Source of the DNA: Eledone cirrhosa | Lineage: Eukaryota | Assembly: GCA_964016885.1 (NCBI GenBank) | Contig: OZ024750.1 | Coordinates: forward strand, 37,262,001 to 37,326,000 | Length of the DNA stretch: 64,000 bases | Reading direction: 5' to 3' | Shown here: positions 11,793-25,869 of the stretch, one piece after another | Position numbering within the stretch: position 1 is the first letter of the stretch | How the letters are laid out: each line of letters starts with the position of its first letter | Translations under genes and position numbers: made by a program | Notes under the pieces: model-generated | The model's input: only the letters and a program-made list of their open reading frames with translations | What the model was told of the DNA's origin: nothing | The model's database searches: none

Positions 11793-12629
11793 ATAAACAT
11801 ACATACATACATACATACATACATACATACATACATACATACATACATACATACATACATACATGTATGTACTGTATGTATGTATGTATGTGAGTGTGTA
11901 TATATATGTATGTATGTACATATGTATGTATGTGAGTGTGTATATATGTATCTATGTATATATATATATATGTCAGGTCACTCTCAAGTGATAGTGGTAA
12001 CGTAACCCAGTACAACCTGCCTCATAGTCGGGTCGTCGGCGACTAAACCGGCAACCCCACCAAACTTGCTTGGTGAGGAGGGTGATGGGGGTGTTGAGTG
12101 AGTGGTGGTGGGGGGTGTGAGTGATGGTGGGGTGTGTATGTGGAAGGTGGGGAGGTGGTGTGTGTGGAAGGAGAGGTACTTTGAAATTGATTTAAATCCT
12201 ACCTGTCGGTAATCTAAACCCGCTTTCTAGCAAGGGGAAAGCAGGGTCAATATAAACTTGCTGCCCCCGTTTAGATTTCATGGTTCAGTGTTCTCACCAG
12301 ACTCTTAAACCTTTTACAACCAACAAATAAATATTACTTTATTACATACTTATTAATTGAGCAAGTAACAAAAACAAAACCTCGGATCGATTTTCGATAA
12401 CACTTCCAACTCTTTACATTCAACAAAATAAAACAGGTGTATAAAACTATAGATTATATCGATCTTCAAATCTTCATTAAATAATCAATAAACCAGACGG
12501 TTCTCTGAAAAACTAAACTTTCTGAAACTTTCAACAATATTTGTGGTTGAATTATCTGACGTTGAATTGTAACACCCAATACATTCAAATCCGAGGTACC
12601 GCACACCCACTTAGTTAATTGTATACGAA

Positions 12630-13025
12630 CTCTTGTTCTTCTTGGGGCAGAGTCCTCAAACACTCCTACTAGCGGGTCCTGTCAGAAGTAGCGTCTCCAA
12701 CTGATCCGACTAGATACCCAAACTAGACCAGCCAAGATCATGGATGTTATCCAATGTTCTTTCTCGGGCTCTGCTACCCCTTGATCTCCTGCTAGCTGGT
12801 TTTGCCTGTAAAATCTCTCCAGCGATTCTGTTCACCGATTCTAACCACTTGTCCGTAGTATTGGAACTGTGATCTCTCAATTCGGAGAAGTAATGGCTCT
12901 ACCTGGAGCGACTTTCTGATCTCCGAGCTACGCACTGTATCGTGTAGCGTTATTCCAAAGGGCCTTCGGAGGAACCCCATTTCGGCCGCTTGTATTCGCG
13001 ATCGTAATTCTTTCAGTCATAACAA
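12630..13025 (-). mobile_element. RTE-clade LINE 3' fragment
   Basis: AAEMGFLRRPFGITLHDTVRSSEIRKSLQVEPLLLRIERSQFQYYGQVVR resembles the RTE ORF C-terminus. Confidence 0.75.
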
Positions 13026-13162
13026 CACCCATTACTTTTAAATACTAGTTACATTACACTTAGATATTTAATCGTAAACGATGATCACACTGATGAAGCT
13101 ACAGGAAAGAATCTAAACATTCAGGGACTATAGGAACATTATAAAGACTATTTAAAATATAA

Positions 13163-13341
13163 TAGTTTCTTCTTTTGGCACAAGGCCAGCAATTATCCTA
13201 GTGCATTACTGGTGCTTTATTTTATCGACACCGTAAGGATGAAAGGCAAAGTTAACCTCGGTGGGATTTTAACTCAGACTCTAAAGGGCGGTAACTCGAT
13301 GTTGCAAAGCATGGCGTCCGACCCTCAACCGATACTGCCAA
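13163..13341 (-). mobile_element. tRNA-derived SINE
   Basis: Reverse complement of the SINE at 10275. Confidence 0.85.
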
Positions 13342-14081
13342 AATCATAATTCTACAAGTAGAAGTCTTGGAATTTTAATCTCAATATGTTACTAAAGTTT
13401 AAGTAAACTTACGCCATATGCCACCACTATAAATGAAAGGGTCAGTCTGCCTGGTGGTCCCGGCAGAGGACAGGATGGTTCCTCAACAATCTACGTAATT
13501 AAAAACTCGTGTATGTTTTTAAGATCCTTATGTAAAATTTCCTCAGTATGTCAATGATTCGGAGGATAAGATCATGTTCCTTGGAGGTTGAGAACACTCA
13601 GGAAAAGAATGAAGGGGTTAGAGTTTTCTTCCTTACCTTAAATGATGCAGTTTCGTGCGGAGTATGACGTTGAGAGTTTTACAGCATTTCTACATTTCTT
13701 AAAAATATGTTTCGACCACGTTTGTTCGAAATCGCACTATTTAAATTCAAAACCACTATTTTTACTATTACCGCCAAGATCTGGAGCCGTTAGAGCATCA
13801 GGGGGTTCGAACGTAAATAAAGCGGTAGGGAGACGGGGCATTACAAAGTTGATATGACTTTAGGTTTGTTAAGAGGCCCAATACGCCAGTGTCAGTGCAG
13901 CAGATGTGTTAGAACGCTAGATTGAGGTCAAGGAAAACTCGAAGATTCAAGTGTTTTCACATAGAATGTTGTATCAAGGAATTATTAAATTAAATACTTT
14001 TTACTATAAACCCCGTCATTTCTGATGGGTACTGTGTTATATGTGTTGGTATGTGTATGTGTTTATACATATATATATATA

Positions 14082-14222
14082 TATTTCTGAAGACGGCGGG
14101 TAGTGAAGACGTATGTATTATTTTCTCACCATGATATTTTGTAATATGTTTTACATAGATCAATAATTAAATGAACATGCAGACGACTACCCCCCCCCCC
14201 CCCCAGAAACGATCGTAAAATA
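14082..14222 (+). ncRNA. Type I hammerhead ribozyme with long stem II
   Basis: UAUUU-CUGAAGA-[GGGUAGU...ACUACCC]-GAAAC GAUC GUA-AAAUA; palindromic stem III ACGAUCGU. Confidence 0.7.
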
Positions 14223-14270
14223 ATGTTTTACTATGAATTAACAGTTTTGTGTTTAATTTCATTGTTTTAA

Positions 14271-14343
<73 letters not shown>

Positions 14344-14776
14344 GTGGGTGGGTGGAAGAGCACTTTTAAGTATGTAGTCACGATAGGTCAGGATAGTCAT
14401 GGCTGGAAGGCCTTTCGTCCTATGTTTGCTCTATCAGTGCCGACCTGGGGTTAAATAGCTATACACAAATGTGTCGAAATGCTTGTATATTGTATGTGTA
14501 AGTCTGTCTGTGTGAGTGCATATGTGTGAGTATGCATATATTATGTATACGTGCATGTGTGTGCATCTGTATGCATATGTCTATGTGTATTTGCGTGTTT
14601 GTAAGTCTTTGAGCCTGTTGTAGATGGTTCCCCCACCACTACCATCATCACGATCACCACCAACACCACCGTCATCACCATCACCACCACCAACACCACC
14701 GCCACCACCATCATAGTGTACGACGCTCTACTAATTCTGCCAAGCCACAGACCTAAGAATCTGAGCATTATAAATA

Positions 14777-15166
14777 ATTCTTTCTACTTTTTCGGACAAG
14801 GCCAGCAGTTACCCAGTGCATTACTGGTACTTTATTTTATCGACCCCGTAAGGATAAAAGGCAAAGTGAACCTCGAAGGGATTTGATCTCAGACCGTAAA
14901 GGGACGTAACTATGCTGGAGAACATGGCGTCCGACCCTCTACCGATACTGCCAATTCTAATTTATGCACATGGCTAACAATGTTGGGGGAGAGGAAAGTC
15001 GAATAAATCGACCCAGTGCGTTACTGGTACTTTGTTTAACCGACTCCGTAAGGATGAAAGGCAAAGTTACCCTCAGCGGGATTTGAACTCAGACCATAAA
15101 GTGCCGTAACTCTATGCTGCAAAGCATGGCGTCCGACCCTCTACCAATACTGCCAATCCACCGCCA
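14777..15166 (-). mobile_element. Two adjacent tRNA-derived SINE copies
   Basis: Family motifs at 14777-14955 and 14967-15166. Confidence 0.85.
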
Positions 15167-15174
15167 TTATCAAA

Positions 15175-15780
15175 TAATAATAATAATGATTTCATTTATT
15201 GGCCACAAGGGCCGACATATAGGGGACAATACAAAGACAGAGACAGTGGGGTTTTATAATAAAATTGAGTGAAAATACACAATAACAAAACCGATTTAAC
15301 AATGAAAGAACATAAAAATAAAATTTATAAAAATGTTACAAAATAAATTCCCCTATAGGGGAGTGAACCACCCATTGTCGACTCAGGTTCCTCACCAATC
15401 CTGAAACACCCGACTCGTCGAGGGCACCTGGGAAGGGTATCTCTCTCCTCCTTCAGTTAACTAGCCTACAGGCACATACTTAGAGTAGGCCCATTCACGC
15501 GGGTCATTCTTGTCACATTCACCTATCTTTTAGCAAATGTACTGGAGGGCAGCACTTCTCTCTCCACCTTCACCTTTCTTTCCAAGTGAAACTTGAAAAT
15601 GTTGATGAGAGATTGGTCTTCAGTCCTTTCAACGTGGTCCATCCCACAACCTCTTTCGCTACCACCACCAGACAGAGGAAAACTGCCTGCCCTTCCCAGT
15701 TAAAAGAAGGCGGTGGGGTTATATTCACTATGGATTCGGTCAATAGCCGGATCCGTTCCACACGTGACAACAGCTGCTCG
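15175..15780 (-). mobile_element. L1/Tx1 3' fragment
   Basis: EQLLSRVERIRL..ITPPPSF..GQAVFLCLV matches ORF 9024-9968; 3'UTR with AATAAA and (ATT)n tail. Confidence 0.85.
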
Positions 15781-15947
15781 AATAATAACATTAAAGCTAT
15801 TTATGTCGGTCTTTAAATAAATCAGAATGAAATGTTTATTGAAAAGACTTGTTGTTATATGGAACAGACTAGAATTAAGAGACAAATACTCTCGACATTT
15901 TTTTTAACTTATATAAATAAATACATTTCTTCTTTGGTCAATTTCTT

Positions 15948-15974
15948 TTGGTGGTGTTGTTCTTGTTGTTGATG

Positions 15975-16006
<32 letters not shown>

Positions 16007-16188
16007 GGGTTGCTGGGAGTGGCGATGGTGGTGTTGCCGGTGGTGGTGCTGTATTGATGGGTGTCATGGTGGTTGTGGTGATGGTGGAGGTGGCGGCTGT
16101 AATGATAGTGGTGGTGGTTATGGTGTTTTTGTTGTTGGTGGTGGCGGCGGTGGTGTTTTTGTTGTTGTTGTTGGTGGTGGTGTTTTTG

Positions 16189-16220
<32 letters not shown>

Positions 16221-16865
16221 CTTTTTGTTGGTGGTGGTGGTGGTCTTTTTGTTGGTGGTGGTGTTTTTGTTGGTGGTGGTGGTGGAGCTGATAAAATGGA
16301 AATAGAAAACAAGTGGAGAAAGAATGTTCACGATTGAGAGAGATAGAGAGAGGGAGGTGAGAGATGAGAGAGAGAGAGGAGAGAGATGAGAGAGAGAGGG
16401 GGTATAGAAAGGAAGAAAGCACAGAGGGCTAGAAGAAAGAGTAAAAGAGAGTGTTAAAGAAAAATGTGGGAAAGAACGAAATAAAGAAAAATGGACAGAA
16501 TGACAGAAAGAAGAATATTTTAGCAGAAAATAACGAAATGAAAGAGTGCGCGTGCGTGTGTGAGAGAGAGAGAGCAAGGGAAGGGGTGATTATAAGAAAA
16601 ACAGGGAGTGAGAGTGAGAGTGAATGAGAGAAGGAGGGAGTGTAAGAAAAACAGGGAAAGAAAGATAAATAGATAGATAGATACATAAAGAGTGTGTATA
16701 AGAGAGATAGATAGAAGAGAGAGAGGGGGGATAAAAGAGAAAGGTAGTAAGAGAGAGAAAGGCTGAGAGAGAGAGGGGGGAGGAATGAGAGAGAGAGAAT
16801 AAGAGAGAGCAAGAGAAAGAGAGAATAAGAGAGAGCAAGAGAAAGAGAGAGGGGGAAGAGGGAGC
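15948..16865. repeat. (GTT/GGT)n simple repeats followed by GA-rich low-complexity tract
   Basis: Direct reading. Confidence 0.9.
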
Positions 16866-17460
16866 ATTAAAGATTAAAGAAAAGTAACAGTGAATGCTCT
16901 TCGCATTTTTGGCGCATTTCCTGTCTAAAATGGCGACTTTTAGGCTAACTACTATGATTAGGTGAAGCCCTGCCATAGAGAGCCCGATGTTGCAGATATT
17001 GACTCCATAACATCAGATATTTTCTTCAGATAAACGATATCAAGATTGTAATCTACCTAGAGGATAGTCTTGTTGGTTAATTAGTTAGTTAAATGTATAT
17101 TCTAAAGCTGTGTACTGAGGCGAACAGATTGCTTTTTGTAGCTAGCGTATATTGGTGAAACCTTTTTTTTTAGTCTTAGCCTTCTATTATAATTCCATTC
17201 ACATCTAGAATGTTCTATTTGAATGACTGTTACATCGACCTCAGTATTTCACTGATACTTTGTTTTATCGGCATCGGAAGTACGAAGCGCAAAATTTTGA
17301 CTTCGGAAGAATTTGAAATGAAGACGGTGATAAAAAAAATATATATATATATCAGGAGAGTTGGACAACAGAGGGTGTTCAGAGAAGAAACCTTCCTCAA
17401 GCGAAATGATTCGAATCATATTTTCTCTTTCTATTCACTTCAGCGAATCTGTTAATTTCC

Positions 17461-18050
17461 GATAACAAATAACTGTTTCTACTTTAGGCACAAGGCCAGC
17501 AATTACCCAGTACATTACTGGTACTTTATTTTATCGACCCCGTAAGGATGAAAGGCAAAGTGAACCTCGGCGGGATTTGAACTCAGATCGTAAAGGGACG
17601 TAACTATGCTGGAAAGCATGGCGTCCGACCCTCTACCGATACTGCCAATCCACCGCCCTTTCCGATGACAAATAACTGTTTCTACTTTAGGCACAAGGCC
17701 AGCAATTACCCAGTGCATTACTGGTACTTTATTTTATCGACCCCGTAAGGATGAAAGGCAAAGTAAACCTCGGCGGGATTTGAACTCAGATCGTAAAGGG
17801 ACGTAACTATGCTGGAAAGCATGGCGTCCGACCCTCTACCGATACTGCCAATCCACCGCCCTTTCCGATGACAAATAACTGTTTCTACTTTAGGCACAAG
17901 GCCAGCAATTACCCAGTGCATTACTGGTACTTTATTTTATCGACCCCGTAAGGATGAAAGGCAAAGTAAACCTCGGCGGGATTTGAACTCAGATCGTAAA
18001 GGGACGTAACTATGCTGGAAAGCATGGCGTCCGACCCTATGACAAATAAC
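17461..18050 (-). repeat. Tandem array of a whole SINE, 203-bp period, ~2.9 copies
   Basis: Near-identical units; spurious ORFs repeat at 17515 and 17718. Confidence 0.93.
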
Positions 18051-18116
18051 GTTGTCCAGACTTGTTAATTAGATCTTCTTCTTCTTCTTCTATATATATA
18101 TAATTAATAAATATAA

Positions 18117-18788
18117 TTGTTTCTACGTTTGGCACAAGGCCAGAAATTACCCAGTGCAAAAATCATATTTTTACATCCGTTCTTCCATGCTAGCATGAGT
18201 TAGACGGGTTGTCCTGTTGTGGGCAGTGTCTGGTTGGCTGACCTTGTCTTGCCCATACGGGAACTGATTCTGGCTTGATTTCTTGGCTTGATTTCGGCGG
18301 GATTTGAACTCAGAATGGCAAGGGCCGTAACTCTATGCGTCAAAGCATGGCGTCCGACCCTCTACCGATACTGCCAATCCACTCACATAAATAATTGTTT
18401 CTACTTTTTGGCACAAGGCCAGCAATTATCCCAGTGCATTACTGGTACTTTATTTTATCGACCCCGTAAGGATGAAAGGCAAAGTTAACCTCGGCGGGAT
18501 TTGAACTCAGTCCGTAAAGGGACGTAACTGTGCTGCAAAGCATGGCGAATAAATATAATACTATGTAATCAAACAAAAGTATATATTCTAATAGAAAATC
18601 CATATTCCTCCCAGAAGACCTTAATAACAGTTTCTACTGAACTAAGGTTACTTGTGTCATGGTAGGAAATATCAATAGAATAACTGTTTCTACGTTTTGC
18701 ACAAGGCCAGCAATTACCCATGGCGTCCGACCCTCTGCCGATACTGCCAATAAAAACACCACTAGAATTATAAGTCTACATTAGTATG

Positions 18789-18850
<62 letters not shown>

Positions 18851-19010
18851 TGTTTATGTGTGTGTATACATATATATATACATGTATATATACACACATA
18901 TATATGTATACATATATATATATACATGTATATATACACACATAAATATGTATATATGTGTGTGTATATGTATATATATATATATATACTTATATATATA
19001 TATGTGTCTG

Positions 19011-19047
<37 letters not shown>

Positions 19048-19130
19048 TTATATATATATGTGTGTGTATATGTATATATATATATATATATATACATGTA
19101 TACACACATACATATATGTGTGTGTGTGTG

Positions 19131-19203
<73 letters not shown>

Positions 19204-19227
19204 ATATACATTATATATATATATATA

Positions 19228-19297
<70 letters not shown>

Positions 19298-19462
19298 AAA
19301 TTTTCGCTCTACATGGCTGAATTCAATAAATGTAATCTGAGTTTTTCGAATATTAATAATTGTTTCTACTTTAGGCACAAGGCCAGCAATTACCAGTGCA
19401 TTACTGGTACTTTATTTTATCGACCCCCGTAAGGATGAAAGGCAAAGTCAACCTCGGCGGGA
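18117..19462 (-). mobile_element. Cluster of SINE fragments interrupted by a (TA)n tract (18785-19291)
   Basis: Family motifs at ~18117, 18294, 18395, 18685 and 19358. Confidence 0.8.
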
Positions 19463-20053
19463 TAACATTCGATTCGTTTGCAATTATGCAAACAAGCCTC
19501 AATTTTTAAAGCCAAACGAATCGAATGTTATTATTAATATTCAGAAAACTCAGATTATATATATCACGAAAGTCATTAAAATGTCGGTTTACAATATAAT
19601 TTCTTGCTCTAATAACTATAATTATATTTTCACAATAAATATAATTCCATTTTTCTCTATATTTTATATGATTTTAGATTTCGTTAAATCTGTCTTATAT
19701 CATAGGAAAATTTGTAGGAGAAGACTTAAGAGAGAGAGGAACTGTCGTGGGGAATGAATAAATCTGATGTTTCATGTATGTGCTGTAAACCTTGTCTCTC
19801 CATTCTGATGACACTTCCCTCTCTCTCCACCCTGCATCCTCTCCCCTTCTCACCACCGCCACCATATATCCATACATACAGCCCTCCACCCATCCACCCA
19901 TCCATACAACCACCCATCCAACCATCTATCCATATATTTATTTACTCGGCCATGAAGTTTGACATCTCAACGATTGTTTATAGCGATAATAGAAAAGAAA
20001 ATGGCGAAGAACATTAACTGAGAAGCCATACCCCCTAATAAAACGATATTGAC

Positions 20054-20260
20054 GTTGTCTTCAGAACTCTGTATAATCTAACAGAATTTGGCCTTGTCTT
20101 CAGAACTCTGTATAATCTAACAGAATTTGGCCTTGTCTTCAGAACTCTGTATAATTTAACGGAAATTGACCTTGTCTTCAGAACTCTGTATAATTCAACG
20201 GAAATTGACCTTGTCTTCAGAAATTGGCCTTATCTTCAGAATTCTGTATAATTTAACAGC
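20054..20260. repeat. Minisatellite, 39-bp unit, ~5 copies
   Basis: CCTTGTCTTCAGAACTCTGTATAATCTAACAGAATTTGG repeated. Confidence 0.9.
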
Positions 20261-20481
20261 ATTGTTTAAAGATTCACGGTGTCTCTGTTCAATGTCAACT
20301 TCTTTTATTTATTTATTTATTCCTTTTTGTTCCTTTTTGTAGTTGTTTTGTTTTACTATCTTTATTTTCTTATTTTTGCTTCTTTATCAATTTAAGATCA
20401 TCTTCCCTTTCCCTGCTCTGCAATATTATCCAGTTCTTTGACTTTTACTTATTTATCTATTTATCAATTTATTATTATTAT

Positions 20482-20726
20482 TGCCCTAGAAGAGCAGGGT
20501 GGTTCAGGCTTGGTGGGGTACCTGATCACCCCTGCGTCATCCACCCCCCTATAGGGAAATTTATTTTGTTATATTTATACATAGTTTATTTTATATTTTT
20601 TATATCTTCATTGTTAAATTAGTCTTGCCATTGTGCACTTTACTCGAGCTTATTGTAAACCTGTCCCTGTCTTTGTATTGTCCCCTACATGTCGGCCCTA
20701 GTGGCTAATAAATGAAATCATTATTA
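20482..20726 (+). mobile_element. L1/Tx1 3'UTR fragment
   Basis: Matches the reverse complement of 15185-15400 (CCCCTATAGGG..GTATTGTCCCCTA..AATAAATGAAATCATTATT). Confidence 0.7.
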
Positions 20727-20727
20727 T

Positions 20728-21087
20728 GGATTGACTGTATCAGTAGAGGGTCGGACACGATGCTTTCCAGCATAGTTACGTCCCTTTACGATCTGAGTTC
20801 AAATTCCGCCGAGGTTGACTTTGCCTTTCATCCTTACGGGGTCGATAAAATAAAGTACCAGTAATGCACTGGGATAATTGCTGGCCTTGTGCCTAAAGTA
20901 GAAACAATTATTATGGATTGGCTCTATCGGTAGAGGGTCGGACGCCATGCTTTGACGCATAGAGTTACGGCCCTTGCCATTCTGAGTTCAAATCCCGCCG
21001 ACGTTAACTTTGCCTTACGGGGTCGATAAAATAAAGTACCAGTAATGTACTGAGATAATTGCTGGCCTTGTGCCAAAAAGTAGAAAC
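20728..21087 (+). mobile_element. Two tandem tRNA-derived SINE copies
   Basis: Family motifs at 20728-20910 and 20914-21087. Confidence 0.88.
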
Positions 21088-21764
21088 AATTATTATTATT
21101 ATCAACACTACTTTAACTTCCTCCTCTCTGCCTGTTGAATGTAGCCCTTCTGTAAACATAAAACAAAAATCTTCTCTGCAGGTCGTCATCCCTATAACTC
21201 CCTAAACCTACCACACACTGTTACCAGGAGGTGCTGGAGGGGAAGTGGATGCAGTAGAGTTCCCTTCTTCTTTGGTACTAGACCCCCCCCCCCCCGATGA
21301 CTGAATAGGCGATTGATAAGAGAAATAAAAGTAGGCTACACACATGTCACCGAGCGTTGCTCCCGTTACTCTGTCATACACATACCCACATACACACATA
21401 CACACACACATACACACATACACACATACCCACACACACACATACATACACATTTATTGTTTTTTTTAGAGCAATTAGAGACCAACTTCAGATTAACTTG
21501 ACATTCTAAAAAGCAACGGGTGTCCCCCCCCTCCTCTTCCTTACACTCCCCCTCCTCTTCCTTCCACTCCCCCTCCTCCTTCTCCCTATCCACATCATCA
21601 TGCTGTGCACTCTATTGCGAGTACGGGTATAGATTGAAGGTACCCATTTACGTGTGTTGTATGAAAGCGAATAACTGTGTCTACGCTGGGAGTTGACTTA
21701 ACATTACCTATTGAGTACGCTGAGATGCAACCGGTTCAAGCAGTGAAACCCATGCTAGACCCGT

Positions 21765-21967
21765 CATCAGTAGAGGGTTGGACGCCATGCTTTGGCGCAT
21801 AGAGTTACGACCCTTGCCATTCTCAGTTCAAATCCAGCCGAGGTTAACTTTGCCTTTCATCCTTACGGGGTCGATAAAATAAAGTACGAGTAACGTACTG
21901 GGGTCAATTTAATCGACTTTCCCCTCCCCCCACCCAAATTACAGGCCTTGTGCCATAAGTAGAAACC

Positions 21968-22004
<37 letters not shown>

Positions 22005-22185
22005 GTTTCTACTTATGGCACAAGGCCAGCAATTACCCCAGCGCATTACTGGTACTTTATTTTAACGACCCCGTAAAGACGAAAGGCAAAGTTAACGTCG
22101 GCGGGATCTGAACTCAGAACGTAAAGGGCCATAACTTTATGCTGCAAAGCATGGTGTCTGACTCTCTACCAATACTGCCAAACCA
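21765..22185. mobile_element. Two convergent SINE copies separated by (TA)n
   Basis: Plus copy 21765-21968, minus copy 22003-22185. Confidence 0.85.
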
Positions 22186-22226
22186 CACAGAAAAGCGCTA
22201 CATACGGTTTCAAGCGCTACCTAAGG

Positions 22227-22536
22227 TTATTCGTGGGGGTTACGTTCCTAGAAGAGTGAAAAACCGCAAATATTAGAAGTGGTCTATAAAAATGCCTACA
22301 AACGTCAAAACATAACGTAAAATATAGACCGGCAAATACGGGATATTGTTATTAATAATTTAGCGTTAAAAAGTGTGTAAAAATATATATTGCCATGAAA
22401 AAAAGACCCACCCACCCCCAAAAAAGTCGCGGAAGATATTTACGATTCCGCGAATATGCGGTGGTTTCAACGAAAAATTATTAGTTAGGTTCTGAGGAAA
22501 ATTCAGTGAATGCCGGGACCGCTAATGCTGGCGGTA

Positions 22537-22540
<4 letters not shown>
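22227..22540. mobile_element. Second, more decayed copy of the TIR MITE
   Basis: Colinear similarity to 6738-7053. Confidence 0.7.
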
Positions 22541-22573
<33 letters not shown>

Positions 22574-22708
22574 CAGAAGGGATATTCAATTTGTTGGTAA
22601 TTCAACAAATATAAATGTTTATAGCTGATTCAGAGCAATCAACAGATTTCTGGAGTATAATTTACAATGATATTAAATAAATGGAAACTATATTTATAAA
22701 ACCATATT

Positions 22709-22769
22709 TATTCTATTATATATATTTCAAGGGTACCAACATTTTGGTACGCTTTCATCAGATAAAATA
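22709..22769 (-). ncRNA. Type I hammerhead ribozyme
   Basis: UAUUUUAU-CUGAUGA-AAGCGUACCAA(AAUG)UUGGUACCCUU-GAAA UAUAUA UA-AUAGAAUA; 8-bp stem I, 10-bp stem II, AUA triplet. Confidence 0.8.
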
Positions 22770-23181
22770 CGAAGTGTGTTTTATAAATTTTGTCATAACC
22801 AAGGAGAATATACCTTAACGGTTCAAGTTATCCCTGGAAAGTGAGGGGAAAAGGAAAAGAGAAGAAAAGACAGATATTTCAAATTATTAAGATGAGTATG
22901 CAAATGAGGTTTAAGTAAAAGGGCTGAAAAAAACGTTATTTTAGACGCTATGGAAAATTTAAATAATTATGATAAGTTATTGCATGCGTAGGAAAGAATA
23001 TATATATATATATATAAGTAAATATCTTTAAGTCGTTTGGAAGCCTCGACAATGCAAATGGGTAAATCTCCGGGTAACAAGGTCCGGTGGTGGAGAGAGA
23101 GATGTAAGTGGGTGTACGTTGAGATGCGTGGTGTGTATAATATGTGTGAGATGTGTAGAGTGAAGGGAAGAGTATAAAGGA

Positions 23182-23622
23182 TAAAAATAAAAATAAAAAT
23201 AAAAATAAAAATAAAAATAAAAATAAAAATAAAAATAAAAATAAAAATAAAAATAAAAATAAAAATAAAAATAAAAATAAAAATAAAAATAAAAATACAA
23301 ATAAAAATAAAAATAAAAATAAAAATAACACAAGAGAGAGTTACCTTGGGTAATAGTCCCTATATATTTCGGATTCACATCCATCAACTGGGGTTTTTTT
23401 CCGTGGTGGGGGAAAAGGTTGTCTGTCGGACGACTCGAAAAAATGAAAAAATGAAAAAATCGAAAAATCGAAAAAATGAAAAATTCGAAAAAAATCAAAA
23501 AAATGAAAAAATCGAAAAAATGAAAAAATGAAAAAATGAAAATATGAAATTCGAAAAAATGAAAAAATGAAAAATCGAAAAATTGAAAAAATGAAAAATT
23601 CGAAAAAATGAAAAAATCGAAA
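23182..23622. repeat. (ATAAAA)n at 23182-23328 and degenerate (GAAAAAAT/C)n at 23437-23622
   Basis: Direct reading. Confidence 0.9.
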
Positions 23623-23633
23623 TAGAAAGGTAT

Positions 23634-23676
23634 ACGGTGCTGATGATAGCTAACAAGCTTGAAACTAGTACATCGT
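23634..23676 (+). ncRNA. Type I hammerhead ribozyme (minimal, palindromic stem III)
   Basis: ACGGUG-CUGAUGA-UAGCU(AACA)AGCUU-GAAACUAGUA-CAUCGU; GUA triplet at 23668-23670. Confidence 0.88.
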
Positions 23677-23830
23677 TCCTGTGTCAGTGTTGAACAAAAA
23701 GGTGACGTGTTGTCTTAACACCGTGCGGCAAAAATTCAGGCTGTTCAGTTTGTTTACAAACGAACAAAGCGGGCGCTATAATCAGCGTCCGCTAAACTGA
23801 TACGTACATATATGCATGTGTACCTGTATG

Positions 23831-23900
<70 letters not shown>

Positions 23901-24014
23901 TGCTGCTGTACGTCTGTATACATATATGTATGTACGTATACATACATACTTACATTTAAGTAAGTGCCGTAATAAGAGTGAGAAATGAAATTTCGTTTTC
24001 ATTTTATTACAACT

Positions 24015-25362
<1,348 letters not shown>

Positions 25363-25457
25363 ACGTTATTCCGGGTTGAATCGGAGGTAACCACAGTAAG
25401 TAAGGTACTCAATACATTGCAGAGTATAAAAGTTTTAATATAGATGAGATTCTACGG

Positions 25458-25496
25458 GACTAGAACTGTTTCATTCTTTAGAAATCATCAGCAATC
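25458..25496 (-). ncRNA. Degenerate hammerhead motif in a PLE terminal-repeat fragment
   Basis: GAUUG-CUGAUGA-UUUCUAAAGAAU-GAAACAGUUC-UAGUC; stem III has a mismatch. Confidence 0.5.
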
Positions 25497-25869
25497 TGGG
25501 TATCAAAAAATAAATATGGTATTTATAGGTCTCTACAAGTGGTAGGAGAGGGTGGGGATTGGGATGGGTGTAGGTCATTGGTTGATAGAAAAGGAATTCA
25601 TTAAAAGCTAATTCTACAAAGCTATAGTTTATTTTTATTATTATTAATTTTTGTTTTTAGTAACAAAGGCAGACAGAATTCTATAAACAGGTTCCGGATG
25701 GCATACCATTCCTTGTCATTAAGTTTCTCTTAAGCTAACAGATGTCTATAAGATCAGTGGGGGGGGGGTCAGTCATGGTAGATAGAATTAAAGGAAAGGG
25801 AGATTCTTTAAAAGCTAAAATCATTAAGTTTCTACCAAGGTTATCCTCCACGCTCGTAAGACCTTTCTA

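Noticed and set aside
13085-13120. CTGATGA..GAAA hammerhead candidate
   Set aside because: No stem I, II or III pairing
15904-16976. Poly-His/Gln/Thr and Leu/Ser-rich ORFs
   Set aside because: Trinucleotide and GA-rich simple repeats, open in several frames
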